Below the pieces are notes generated by a model that did no database searches, was not told the DNA's origin, and was given only the letters and a program-made list of their open reading frames with translations. This document shows positions 42,681-54,600 of a DNA stretch of 64,000 bases, in pieces. The position numbers and the translations under genes were made by a program. Positions within the stretch are counted from its first letter, which is position 1. Every line of letters begins with the position of its first letter. Source of the DNA: Macrostomum lignano (Eukaryota); assembly GCA_002269645.1 (NCBI GenBank), contig NIVC01001098.1, positions 295,172-359,171 of the forward strand, written 5' to 3'.

Positions 42681-44297
42681 TCAGGAATCAGGATGTAATA
42701 AAACAGTTCCAATTAAATTAAAAGATTATATTTTATACTCTATTCTGCTTATAGCTTTAATTTTTCTAAATCCTACATTTCAAAAAGGTCAAAAAGGAGA
42801 TAGATTTGCTTATATTCACTTTTGTCACACAATCATTTAAATGGTGAAAGCATATGCAGGTGATCGAAGACAAAACTGAAAGAGCTTGTAGGTTTCAAAT
42901 TACAATCACACCAATAGTAAAATTGTATTAGACTGATCATATCACAAAATTGAATGGATTAGTATAGTCCCAAATTTGCAGTTTGATTGTCTTCATTCTA
43001 CAGACACAAAGTCCATGCAGTCCACATCAAATGATACATCTCCATCAAGATCAATGCATGGTTGAGAACAAAATTATTTGTTATGGTAATTGCTTCTGTA
43101 CCACACTCAAGATCATGTAGTGTATACCCAAAAATTTGGGTGTGCATTGGCCTGGCATGCCAAAATTAGGCATGCACAGTTGGTATGCATCACTCCTGAG
43201 AAAATAGTAAGAGTTTACACCTAGAATGCACTTAATAGAATCACATGTAAGAGTTATTGTGAAAAAAAATGAAAAAAAGATGTATTTTTAAACAAAAGCT
43301 TTCCAGTTTTTTAGCTTATAAAAAGCATTTAAACAAATCTTTGTGTGTATAAATTTTGTTTTAAATAGTATTGCCAAAAAAGCATAAAAATCAACAAAAT
43401 TATCTGTTAATAAGAACACCAACATATTTTTAGGAATGGGCAATATGGGCATGTACTAAATTTTTTTGGCATGCATTTGTAATTACTCTATTTTTGTTTG
43501 GACATACACCTAGTATGATCTATACTATGGCTTCTGCATCCCTTTTATTTTCTTTCATCTTTTGTCTATGATCCCTATTTAATAATAAAACATTTTTATT
43601 TTATTAGGGGAATTATAAGACAAAAGTGAGAGGGGGGCCAGAAGCAAATGCATTAATAAATGTCTAATTCTTGCATGTTGCGGAATGTCCAGGATATAGC
43701 CAAGACAAAATAGCAAGATGTCTATCAATTGATTAATATACTAAAAATTTCCTAGAATTTCAAAATACAATCTCTCCAACTCTAATACAATTTTACTATT
43801 GGTGGTTTGATTGTAATTCAAAACCTACAAACCAAGCTTTTACAGTTTTGTCCTACAATCACCTATAAATAAATTCATCATTTACATGATTGTATGATGA
43901 AAGTGAATATAAACTATATTGCTAACAAAACATAAGAGTTAATATTACAATACTGTGCTTAGAATTGGTCCTATTTTGAAGTTTGATTTTAAGAGTAATT
44001 TTAACTTATGTTATAATTTTGTCATTTTTTGGGGATTATATATCAAAATTTCCAACTCTTATATGGATGGTGCTATTGCTATATGATTATAAAATGAAAG
44101 AATAGGGCCTACCAAGAATTTTCTATTATTTTAATAGCACCAATCTTTTGTCTTAAAGAGTTGAGATGAAAAAAATATAAGTTTTTCATTACTTGATCAT
44201 TTTTAAAAGTAGGCCTAAGGTGTCTATTTAGGCAAATGAGATTTAATAAATAAAACAGAAAATTACTAAAAATAGTTCAAAATCTTACTAAACTTAA

Positions 44298-47055
44298 GTA
44301 GGGTGTCCAGTGAGCCTATTTTTAGCATGTGAAAAAATGAAAAAACACAAAAAAGTGGTCTTCTTTAAATGGCTATAACTTTTTAATATGTAAGATATGG
44401 CTATGTTCTTAAATTTGTTGAAAAATAGACAAATAGATCTTTAAAACTATATATAGTTTACATGTTTAGGACATACGGTTACAAAGATACAGACTGTCAA
44501 ACATTGTGTACATTTTCATACATTTTCAAAACTATGCCAAATTTGCTTGAAAATATGGGGTTGGGAGGATTCGTTTTTTAGTAAAAGAGTGCATAACTGC
44601 TAAGAATGCTTGTACATTGGGTGTAGACTTCCTGCAAGTCATTTTAAGCAAACTTTTTTTTGTCAAAAATATGTACATGTACATGTACATGTAAAATTTA
44701 AAATGGCCATAACTTTTAAATGGAAAGAGTGGCCACCCTAATTCTTTTTGCTACTTACTTCTAGTGACAAAATGAAACTTTTAGGCAAGACAGGATGAGT
44801 GTAGCTCTTGCCGCAGTATGCTTAACAGAAATCGTCAAAATGCATGCAAATCCCCATAAGGGACATAAAAATTGGAAAATTTTTGAAGCTCAAAAGAATG
44901 GCCAGTTGGTTTCTTCAGCAAAACAGGCCAAGCTCTTTGTCCTAAAGGCACATCCTGATAACTTTTGCCACACCAAAGTTATTAAGCATAGTTGGCACAC
45001 ATGTGCATGCAAATACACTACAGAGATAGGGAAATGCACATTGAAAGGTTGTACATTTGAAAAGAAATCATATATTCAATTTTTTTCAAAAATGGATAGC
45101 AGGACTTACAATATACTTTTTCTTTTATGCATTTCTCACTAATCTATCTTTTATTTGCAGATCTTTCAGATGCCAGACATGCTGCAACTATACTGTACAG
45201 TATCTGCTATGAGTGCCTGACAAGCTTTGTACACAATCGCCTCTGATCATTTCAGCTGGGCCCAAAGATTGCGCACAGCTTCTTGAAGGCCTGCATCAGC
45301 ACCCCTCTTCTCTAAAGGGGACCAGGCAACAGTAGCAGCAAAGGTTGGTAAACTGGCGTGCTGGAAATCGACTCTGGCACAGTTGCAGCTGGGACCACTG
45401 CAGGAAAGACAAGTGCCTGGCCAGCAGCTTCATTGTGCATCTTTGACCTCTATAGGTTCCACACCTACTTCACTTTTGTTACTGCCTCTCATAGGTTACA
45501 AAGACAGTTCAGTGTCTGCAGGCAGACTAAGGCATTCTGCTAAGCTAATTAAAAATATTAAAGCACTAAAATGTACCAGCTGAGTAAAGCTGAGCTGACT
45601 AAAGTCAATTCAGTTAGTCTGACTAAAGTCTCAGTCAATTCAGCTATTTGCAGATAAAGTGGATGGGGATGAAAACGGGAGCAGACAAATTGACTGTCGT
45701 ACTCTCATACATGTACATACACAATGTAAGCACACTGTGTATTGCCTTTAAGATTGTTAGATTGGCTACAAGCGAGTCACTAATGTGACATCTATTGCCG
45801 AACTGGTGTCCTGTCTCCTGTACCAGCAAACTGTTGCGCAGTTGGCGACTCCAGTCTCTAGCTGCCAGGCCATGTCATCCAAGCCAATTTGTACCGCCCG
45901 CAGCTAATACATATGCTGCTGACGCTGTAGGCACCATAATACTAGACAAAAAGCACACACTTGCGTTTTCTTGACTGCCTGCTGGCTGATACAGCTGACA
46001 CCATGGACACTGCCGATGGTGCAACCTACATTCATGTCAAGGCCCTGAAACCCACCCTGTAACATTGTCTCGATTATGCCTAACTGGCTTGACTGTAGTA
46101 GCTATAGTTGTAATACTATAGTAGACTCATAGTACAATGAGAAAGCCAGCATAGCAGACAAAATTCTCATTCAGATATTTGCTGACAAGCTGACTGCAGA
46201 TGAATTGATAGCAGACAAATTGACTGGATTACCACAAAAAGCTATTATGCTGAAAAGTGGACACAGTGAAATGAATCAAATGATGCAGGTAAACTATAAA
46301 GGTAGATTCAATTGCTGAATTTGGGCATGTCCTTTTCAAACATGAAAGTAAATAATTTAGTAAAGTTTTTTAGTAAAGCATCAATTCATTACAATTGTCA
46401 GATGGACTACAAAAAGCTTTTGAATGACTCCAGCATAAAGATAGAAGATTACGATTGACAGGAGCTACATTGATTTTTAGACATCCAGAGTGGTACTTTG
46501 GAAGACCCATTTTTGTGAAAATAATAGTCAACCATTTATATCCTGCTTACAGTAGGAAGTCAAAAATCTTACTAATTATAGTATACAAGTATTACTTTGA
46601 CATAAAAGTAATACAAATTAAGGTTAATAGAAAGTATAGTATACCATGATAAAGCCAAAAAATAGTACTCTAGAAAAAATTTTCTTTCTTTTTTTTGTCT
46701 TAATCCCCAGATATCTGCATATATATAATAGTATATATGTACAAAAATATCAGAAAATGTTATGGTAACAAAAATCTACAAAATAACACCTAAAACACTA
46801 AAATCAGTTATGAAAAAAAAGTTACAGACATTTTACTGCAAAAAACATGCTTTTTTGCCCAAAAATGGCACAGTTTTAAGTATATTTGAGATAGGAAAAA
46901 ACACCATTTTTTACAAAAAACTTCATAACTTTTTTATTACTTGATCAATTTTTAAAAGTCTAGTGTCATTTCACTCATAATATCCAGGGCTACAACATGG
47001 CATGGTTAAAAATTTGGATATTGAAAAAAATTTTCTCACTGGACCCCCTACTTAC
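44298..47055. mobile_element. DNA-transposon-like element with terminal inverted repeats
   Basis: Left TAGGGTGTCCAGTGAG (44299-44314) vs right CTCACTGGACCCCCTA (47035-47050): 15/16 inverted match. Flanks fit either a TA or a TTAA target duplication. Interior is AT-rich with repeated ATAACTTTT motifs; no intact transposase ORF. Confidence 0.6.
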
Positions 47056-48548
47056 TTAAGTCCCTATAATTATCTAGGAGCTTGTTTCTTGTTATATAAT
47101 CTCTTGGGACCTAGTAACTTGTTGCATGCAAGAACTTCCCCAAACAGTATTTTCAAAAAGGGTAAATAGGATTAGAAAAATACAATAAAACCAAGCTACA
47201 TTTAGCATTAGGCCTAAACTCTGTTCTCTATATCATCATCATGTTAAAACTTATACCCTTGGCTTACTAAATAATAGGCTCGAATTTGACTTCATTATTT
47301 TTTACATTTAATAAAATAGGCCCCATAGATTAAATATATAGGCAATAGTTAATACTAGGGAGAGGCTAGAATTAATTTCATTACATCATTATTTTTATTA
47401 TATGAAAGTACTTTAAAACTAATTTCTTCTGTAAAAATGAAAGAAATATAAGCCCGTCTCATCACAACGCCTAACAAATAAAATTTTAATAAATGCACAG
47501 ATGTAGCATTTATTTTCTTAATGCCCATTTTTATGAGGGATTTATTGCGGCCTATCCGCTAGGTGGCTGGTTTATATCTACAAGTCAAGGTTGAAAACAT
47601 TATTTTAAATTAAGGCTGTAACTGAACTGTTATAACAAATCTGTTATAAATGATTTTTATGCCTTTTATTTTGCAGGTAATGAGTGCAATAGAATTAAAT
47701 TAAACTAGTCATAGTTTAAACCTAGAACTTTGGGATTGATTTTAGAGAACCTTTCTTTCTTTCTTCTTGTTTATTGCGATTTGTTGGTTGATGAGGCGTT
47801 CATTGATAATGCTCAAATCTTTAAAAACTTCACTCTTCGGTGCTTCAAACCGCACAAACTTAGGTGTCAGTCTCAGTTCCAAACACTTGTGCAGAAATTC
47901 TTAATCAAGACGACTTTTATGCAGAGAAACAGTGGTCTTTTCTAATTTCCTACTGGACGGTCACGTCCTTATAGCGCTGGCTCACTTGAAAATAGTACTG
48001 TGGTAAAGTTGCGCGTCTGAGAAAAAGTAGAATTAAGAAGGCTTTGCGTTGTCCAAGGTGCTTGCAGTCTCTCCCCCCCCCCCCCCCGCGGAAGCCTTAT
48101 TGCGTTGTTCGGGACTGGAGATCGCAAAAGCAGAGTCACACATGTCTTACGATATCCGACCGAGACTGCAAGCGCACGGAGATTGAAATTAAAAGCCCAA
48201 CACCTGACACTGCCAATGGAGCGGTCCGCTCTCAGCCTTGCGGCGCGCCCCGCTCTAACTGTAACCTTGCATACAGGGCTGCATACTTTGTTGTTGTTGT
48301 TTGTTGTTGTTGTTAGATATGCGCAAATGACAACTTACAACTGAGACGAGCGTATTCATAACGCAAAGTTATCGCCTGCCATTGATACAAAAATTATACT
48401 TCAATTCTCAACATATTATTGGGTATTTTTTAACGAACTGATCAGTGCAGGTAAGCAGCAAAAGTATGGAATTGTCGCATGCTTATAAGTCGAAGCGATT
48501 ATTTTGAGTGGATTTAACAAAATGAAATGGCACTAAAGTGTGCCCAAA

Positions 48549-51489
48549 TCAGTCGCAGAAAGGCTCGCAAAACGGATACAGAAGCAGCTCTTCAGCGCTG
48601 GGCCTTTCCTCAACTGCGGCAAAGCAATCCGCGATGAAGCGTGCAGCTTCTTGGCTGGCCGACTCGGGCAGCGAGAAATTTATGACCCGGTCGCTGACGA
48701 TTCTGTACATGACGCTGGCCGGGTTGTCCAGGTAGTGATACGGCGGATCGTCCGTGAGGAACTCAACAACCGTGGCGCCCAGCGACCAAATGTCGGCTCG
48801 GCTGTCGAACTCGGCGCCGCGGAACACCTCCGGGGGCGTGTAGAAGACGTTGGCAAACTTGTCGGACCAGGGGAACCGGCTCTGGTTGATGTTGCCCAGC
48901 TGCCTGGAAGCGCTGAAGTCGGCAATCTTCACGCTGCCCGCAGAGTCCCGCAGAATGTTTGCACCTGTAAGCGAGATCAGGATGCTGATTTTAACACGCG
49001 AGATCAGAATGCTGATTTTAACACCTGTGAGTGAGATCAGGATGCTGATTTTAACACCTGTGAGCCAGATCAGGATGCTGATTTTAACACGCGAGATCAG
49101 AATGCTGATTTTAACACCTGTGAGCCAGATCAGGATGCTGATTTTAACACCTGTGAGCGAGATCAGGATGCTGATTTTAACACCTGTGAGCGAGATCAGG
49201 ATGCTGATTTTAACACCTGTGAGCGAGATCAGGATGCTGATTTTAACACCTGTGAGCGAAATCAGGATGCTGATTTTAACACCTGGGTGCTGAAGGCGAG
49301 TTGGACAGCGAGTCTTGAAACCTGGTGCTTCCGATTTCCAAGCGGGCGGATCATTTACTGCGTTTTCTAAACAAGCAACTAATCGATAGCCTAGGGAGTT
49401 GTAGCCTAGTGGGTAGAGCGTCGGACGCACGACTTGAAGGTCGAGGGTTCGATTCCCAATTCCACTGGAAATATTTTTTCCTTGAGCAAGACACTTAACT
49501 CTGCATTGCTTCAGTTCACTCAGCTGTAAAATGGGTGCCAGCATTAGCTGGGGTAATTGAGGGTGTGTGGCGACCCCCCACTCCATGGACTGAACAGCCG
49601 GACGCAACCTTCAGATACGCCGCACACAATAGCTGCGGTTGGGCTATCGGTTGCACATCTGGCTTTATTGAGGCAGGTGTAATCAATTATTATTATTAAA
49701 CAAGCAAAAAGCAAAAACTCCTCCCAGGTGAGAGGATCGGGCCAAGCCAAAAACTCCTCCCAGATGAGAGGATCGGGCCAAGCCAAAAACTCCTCCCAGG
49801 TGAGAGGATCGGGCCAAGCCAAAGTCCAATAAAAGCTCTTATAAGCAATAAATCTGACAGCACCGCGCCACCTACATTTGATGTCGCAGTGCACGATGCT
49901 GTTGCCGTGCAGAAATCTGAGCCCATTCAGCACCATCCGGGTGTACTTCCTGGCCAGCACCTCCCGCAGCGGGCCGCTCTCGCTGATGAAGTCCCTGACG
50001 CTGCCGCCGTCCATGAACTCCATGAACACGCACAGGCGGCAGGGTTCCCGCCGGCAGCCGAAGTACTGCACTACGCTCTCGTGCTTGATGTTGCGCAGCA
50101 GCTGGAACTTGGCCTCCATGGCCGCCACCTTGGGGGCGCCGCGCTCGTCACTCGGCTCGAGCTGCACCACCTTCATAGAGAACACGCAGCCCGTGTCGTT
50201 GTCAACGCATCGGTACACCGCGCCGAAGCTGCCGTGGCCCAGCAGCTCCTCCTGGGTGAAATTCACTGGAGTGGCCGTTGCTGCAGAAGAGGGAGGGGTG
50301 AAGGAGGAGTTCAGACTTCAGAGAGCAAGGGTTGAGATTACACCTCTAATGGTGCCTCACATAACAATATCTGTATTATTAATAGCCCCAATAGAACAAG
50401 CCTCGAGTTCTTGAAAAGTAGTCTTTTGCGGTGCACGACAACTTTTTGCATCAACTAAAGTACTATAAAAACGAGCAAATGGTGGGTGGTCAGGTGGTTT
50501 CGAAAATTTTTGCGAACACAGCTGCGGAGCAGCATGGCATGGGCATCGTCTCTGAGCTCATTCGTCTACTTGGCCTGCAGTCTGAGTCAGAACTCACGCT
50601 GGGGCACTGCTTGTGAAGACATGCGATGTCAGCCGCTCTGGGCTGGACCTGCAGCAGTTACTCAGCAGTAACTTCGTGGTCATCAGGACATCACCAAGCA
50701 GGGGTTCAGCCTCATCGACCGAGCATCGAGCAGGCCTACTGCGTGGTCAGGGCCCTGGCGGCCTACTGGATCGCGCGCCACCAACTTCAACAACTCGCTG
50801 CACTCCACGCCGCGATTCGCCAGTCTGCGACAAGTTCAGAAAGAGCGGCGTCGACTTCCGGCCGATGATCAAGCGGAGCATGTAGTACTTCTTTGAAGAT
50901 TTGAGAGAGTACGTCAAGTCCAGCGATGAGAGGTGGCTGACCCGGGAGCGCTTGGCGCAGTCCACCCAGGCGATGGCGGAGGACCCCATTAAACCCCGGC
51001 TTTAATAAAATATATAGTCGAAGGGGGCAGCGGGTCGAAGGGGCAGCGGGTCGTAGGGACCAGCGGGTCGTAGGGAGCGGCGGGTCGATGGCATTCAGGG
51101 CACGGCACTCACGCAGTGCAGGCTGGGCCTCGCCACCCGCAGGCGGGTCCAGCAGCAGGTGCAGGCTGTTGCGGCCAAAGTGGTCGTCGGAGATGCGCAT
51201 GACCATGTCCAGGTCGTGCTGGTCCAGCACCGGCACGATGCCGCACATGGCGTCCGGCATGCGGTAGAACAGGCAGTCGCGGCCGAAAGCCTGGTGGACT
51301 TTGACCAGCAGCTCCGGCAGCAGCAGCGGCCTGGGCAAAGAGCCCAGCCGGCGCAGCTGGCCGTTGCAGACGCATTTCACCCGGATGGTCGGGCACGGCG
51401 GCTCTGGGCTGACCGGATTCACCGGCGCTGCGGCAACTGCAGTGTCAGTCTGGGGAGGGGTGAAGATGCTGGCGTGCCTGCTGGTGCAT
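48549..51489 (-). CDS. PB1-domain MAP3K2/3-like kinase, paralogue A (degenerate motifs; start uncertain)
   Basis: Exons: about 51113-51489 (PB1: TIRVKCVCNGQLRRL..LPRPL..VPVLDQHDLDMVM), 49876-50280 and 48549-48964; phases compatible (1-1-1). Kinase motifs: LGHGSFGAVY, MK, HCDIKCANIL, DFS, FYTPPE, DIWSLGATVVEFLT..PPY. The nearest ATG (51489) is one base out of frame. Confidence 0.82.
48965..49285. repeat. 33/27-bp minisatellite abutting a kinase splice acceptor
   Basis: GAGATCAGGATGCTGATTTTAACACCTGTGAGC with two 27-bp variants; about 10 units. Confidence 0.95.
49379..49696 (+). mobile_element. tRNA-derived CORE-type SINE (copy 2) with 11-bp target-site duplication
   Basis: Same A/B boxes as copy 1. 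CORE-like CCTTGAGCAAGACACTTAACTCTGCATTGCTTCAGTTCACTCAGCTGTAAAATGGG at 49480-49535. (TAT)n tail. TAAACAAGCAA flanks it directly at 49368-49378 and 49697-49707. It lies antisense inside a kinase intron. Confidence 0.88.
49713..49822. repeat. 36-bp repeat x3, intronic
   Basis: AAAAACTCCTCCCAGGTGAGAGGATCGGGCCAAGCC. Confidence 0.9.
50535..51005 (+). pseudogene. Frameshifted coding remnant resembling ecdysteroid-kinase-like (EcKL/DUF1679, choline-kinase-fold) proteins, nested antisense in an intron
   Basis: Stitching frames gives NFVVI(E)DITKQGFSLIDR..IEQAYCVVRALAAYW..VCDKFRKSGVDFRPMIKRSM*YFFEDLREYVK. The first part fits the EcKL pattern EDL...GF...DR...LE....V...LA. Several indels and one in-frame TAG. 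Confidence 0.45.
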
Positions 51490-51689
51490 TGCAAGAAGAG
51501 AAAAGTCTTCCACTAGCTAATATACTACTATGAGTAATTGCTACCGAATGCGAAAACACCGGGGACAAGGAACGTAACAATCGATTATGTAGAAGCTTGA
51601 GAAGAAAAAACATAACGGACTGTAGAACCTCTGGAAGTGAGCAAACCTTGTGCAGTAACTAAATGAGTAAACAAAGACTGTACAGTAAC

Positions 51690-54600
51690 TTACAGTGAAC
51701 AAAGACTGACTGTACAGTAGTTGCAGGAGTGAACAAAGACTGACTGTACACTAGCTACAGAAGTGAACAAAAACTGACTGTACAGTAGCTACAAGAGTGA
51801 ACAAAGACTGACTGTACAGTTGCTACAGGAGTGAACAAAGACTGACTGTACAGTTGCTACAGGAGTGAACAAAGACTGACTGTACAGTAGCTATAAGAGT
51901 GAAAAAAGACTGACTGTACAGTTGCTACAGGAGTGAACAAATACTGACTGTACAGTAGCTACAGGAGTGAACAAATACTGAATGTACACTAGCTACAGAA
52001 GTGAACAAAGACTAACTGTACACTAGCTAAAGAAGCAAACAAAGACTGACTCACTCTGACTGTACAGTAGCTACAGGAGTGAACAGACTGACTGTACAGT
52101 AGCTACAGAAGTGAACAAAGACTGACTGTACAGTAGCTACAGGAGTGAACAAAGACTGACTGTACAGTAGCTACAGGAGTGAACAAAGACTGACTGTACA
52201 GTAGCTACAGGAGTGAACAGACTGACTGTACAGTAGCTACAGGAGTGAACAGACTGACTGTACAGTAGCTACAGGAGTGAACAAATACTGACTGTACAGT
52301 AGCTACAGGAGTGAACAAATACTGAATGTACACTAGCTACAGAAGTGAACAGACTGACTGTACAGTAGCTACAGGAGTGAACAGACTGACTGTACAGTAG
52401 CTACAGAAGTGAACAGACTGACTGTACAGTAGCTACAGGAGTGAACAGACTGACTGTACAGTAGCTACAGGAGTAAACAGACTGACTGTACAGTAGCTAC
52501 AGGAGTGAACAGACTGACTGTACAGTAGCTACAGGAGTGAACAGACTGACTGTACAGTAGCTACAGGAGTGAACAGACTGACTGTACAGTAGCTACAGGA
52601 GTGAACAGACTGACTGTACAGTAGCTACAAGAGTGAACAAATACTGACTGTACAGTAGCTACAGGAGTGAACAGACTGAATGTACACTAGCTACAGAAGT
52701 GAACAGACTGACTGTACAGTAGCTACAGGAGTGAACAGACTGACTGTACAGTAGCTACAGGAGTGAACAGACTGACTGTACAGTAGCTACAGGAGTGAAC
52801 AAATACTGACTGTACAGTAGCTACAGGAGTGAACAAATACTGAATGTACACTAGCTACAGAAGTGAACAGACTGACTGTACAGTAGCTACAGGAGTGAAC
52901 AAATACTGACTGTACAGTAGCTACAGGAGTGAACAAATACTGACTGTACAGTAGCTACAGGAGTGAACAAATACTGAATGTACACTAGCTACAGAAGTGA
53001 ACAAAGACTAACTGTACACTAGCTAAAGAAGCAAACAAAGACTGACTCACTCTGACTGTACAGTAGCTACAGGAGTGAACAGACTGACTGTAAAGTAGCT
53101 ACAGGAGTGAACAGACTGACTGTACAGTAGCTACAGGAGTGAACAGACTGACTGTACAGTAGCTACAGGAGTGAACAGACTGACTGTACAGTAGCTACAG
53201 GAGTGAACAGACTGACTGTACAGTAGCTACAGGAGTGAACAAATACTGACTGTACAGTAGCTACAGGAGTGAACAAATACTGAATGTACACTAGCTACAG
53301 AAGTGAACAGACTGACTGTACAGTAGCTACAGGAGTGAACAGACTGACTGTACAGTAGCTACAGGAGTGAACAAAGACTGACTGTACACTAGCTACAGGA
53401 GTGAACAGACTGACTGTACAGTAGCTACAGGAGTGAACAGACTGACTGTACAGTAGCTACAGGAGTGAACAGACTGACTGTACAGTAGCTACAGGAGTGA
53501 ACAGACTGACTGTACAGTAGCTACAGGAGTGAACAGACTGACTGTACAGTAGCTACAGGAGTGAAAAAATACTGACTGTACAGTAGCTACAGGAGTGAAC
53601 AAATACTGAATGTACACTAGCTACAGAAGTGAACAGACTGACTGTACAGTAGCTACAGGAGTGAACAGACTGACTGTACACTAGCTACAGAAGTGAACAG
53701 ACTGACTGTACAGTAGCTACAGGAGTGAACAGACTGACTGTACAGTAGCTACAGAAGTGAACAGACTGACTGTACAGTAGCTACAGGAGTGAACAGACTG
53801 ACTGTACACTAGCTACAGAAGTGAACAGACTGACTGTACAGTAGCTACAGGAGTGAACAGACTGACTGTACAGTAGCTACAGGAGTGAACAGACTGACTG
53901 TACAGTAGCTACAGGAGTGAACAAATACTGACTGTACAGTAGCTACAGGAGTGAACAAATACTGAATGTACACTAGCTACAGAAGTGAACAGACTGACTG
54001 TACAGTAGCTACAGGAGTGAACAGACTGACTGTACAGTAGCTACAGGAGTGAACAGACTGACTGTACAGTAGCTACAGGAGTGAACAAATACTGACTGTA
54101 CAGTAGCTACAGGAGTGAACAAATACTGAATGTACACTAGCAACAGAAGTGAACAGACTGACTGTACAGTAGCTACAGGAGTGAACAAATACTGAATGTA
54201 CACTAGCTACAGAAGTGAACAGACTGACTGTACAGTAGCTACAGGAGTGAACAAATACTGAATGTACACTAGCTACAGAAGTGAACAGACTGACTGTACA
54301 GTAGCTACAGGAGTGAACAGACTGACTGTACAGTAGCTACAGGAGTGAACAGACTGACTGTACAGTAGCTACAGGAGTAAACAGACTGACTGTACAGTAG
54401 CTACAGAATTGAACAGACTGACTGTACAGTAGCTACAGGAGTGAACAGACTGACTGTACAGTAGCTACAGGAGTAAACAGACTGACTGTACAGTAGCTAC
54501 AGGAGTGAACAAATACTGACTGTACAGTAGCTACAGGAGTGAACAAATACTGAATGTACACTAGCTACAGAAGTGAACAGACTGACTGTACAGTAGCTAC

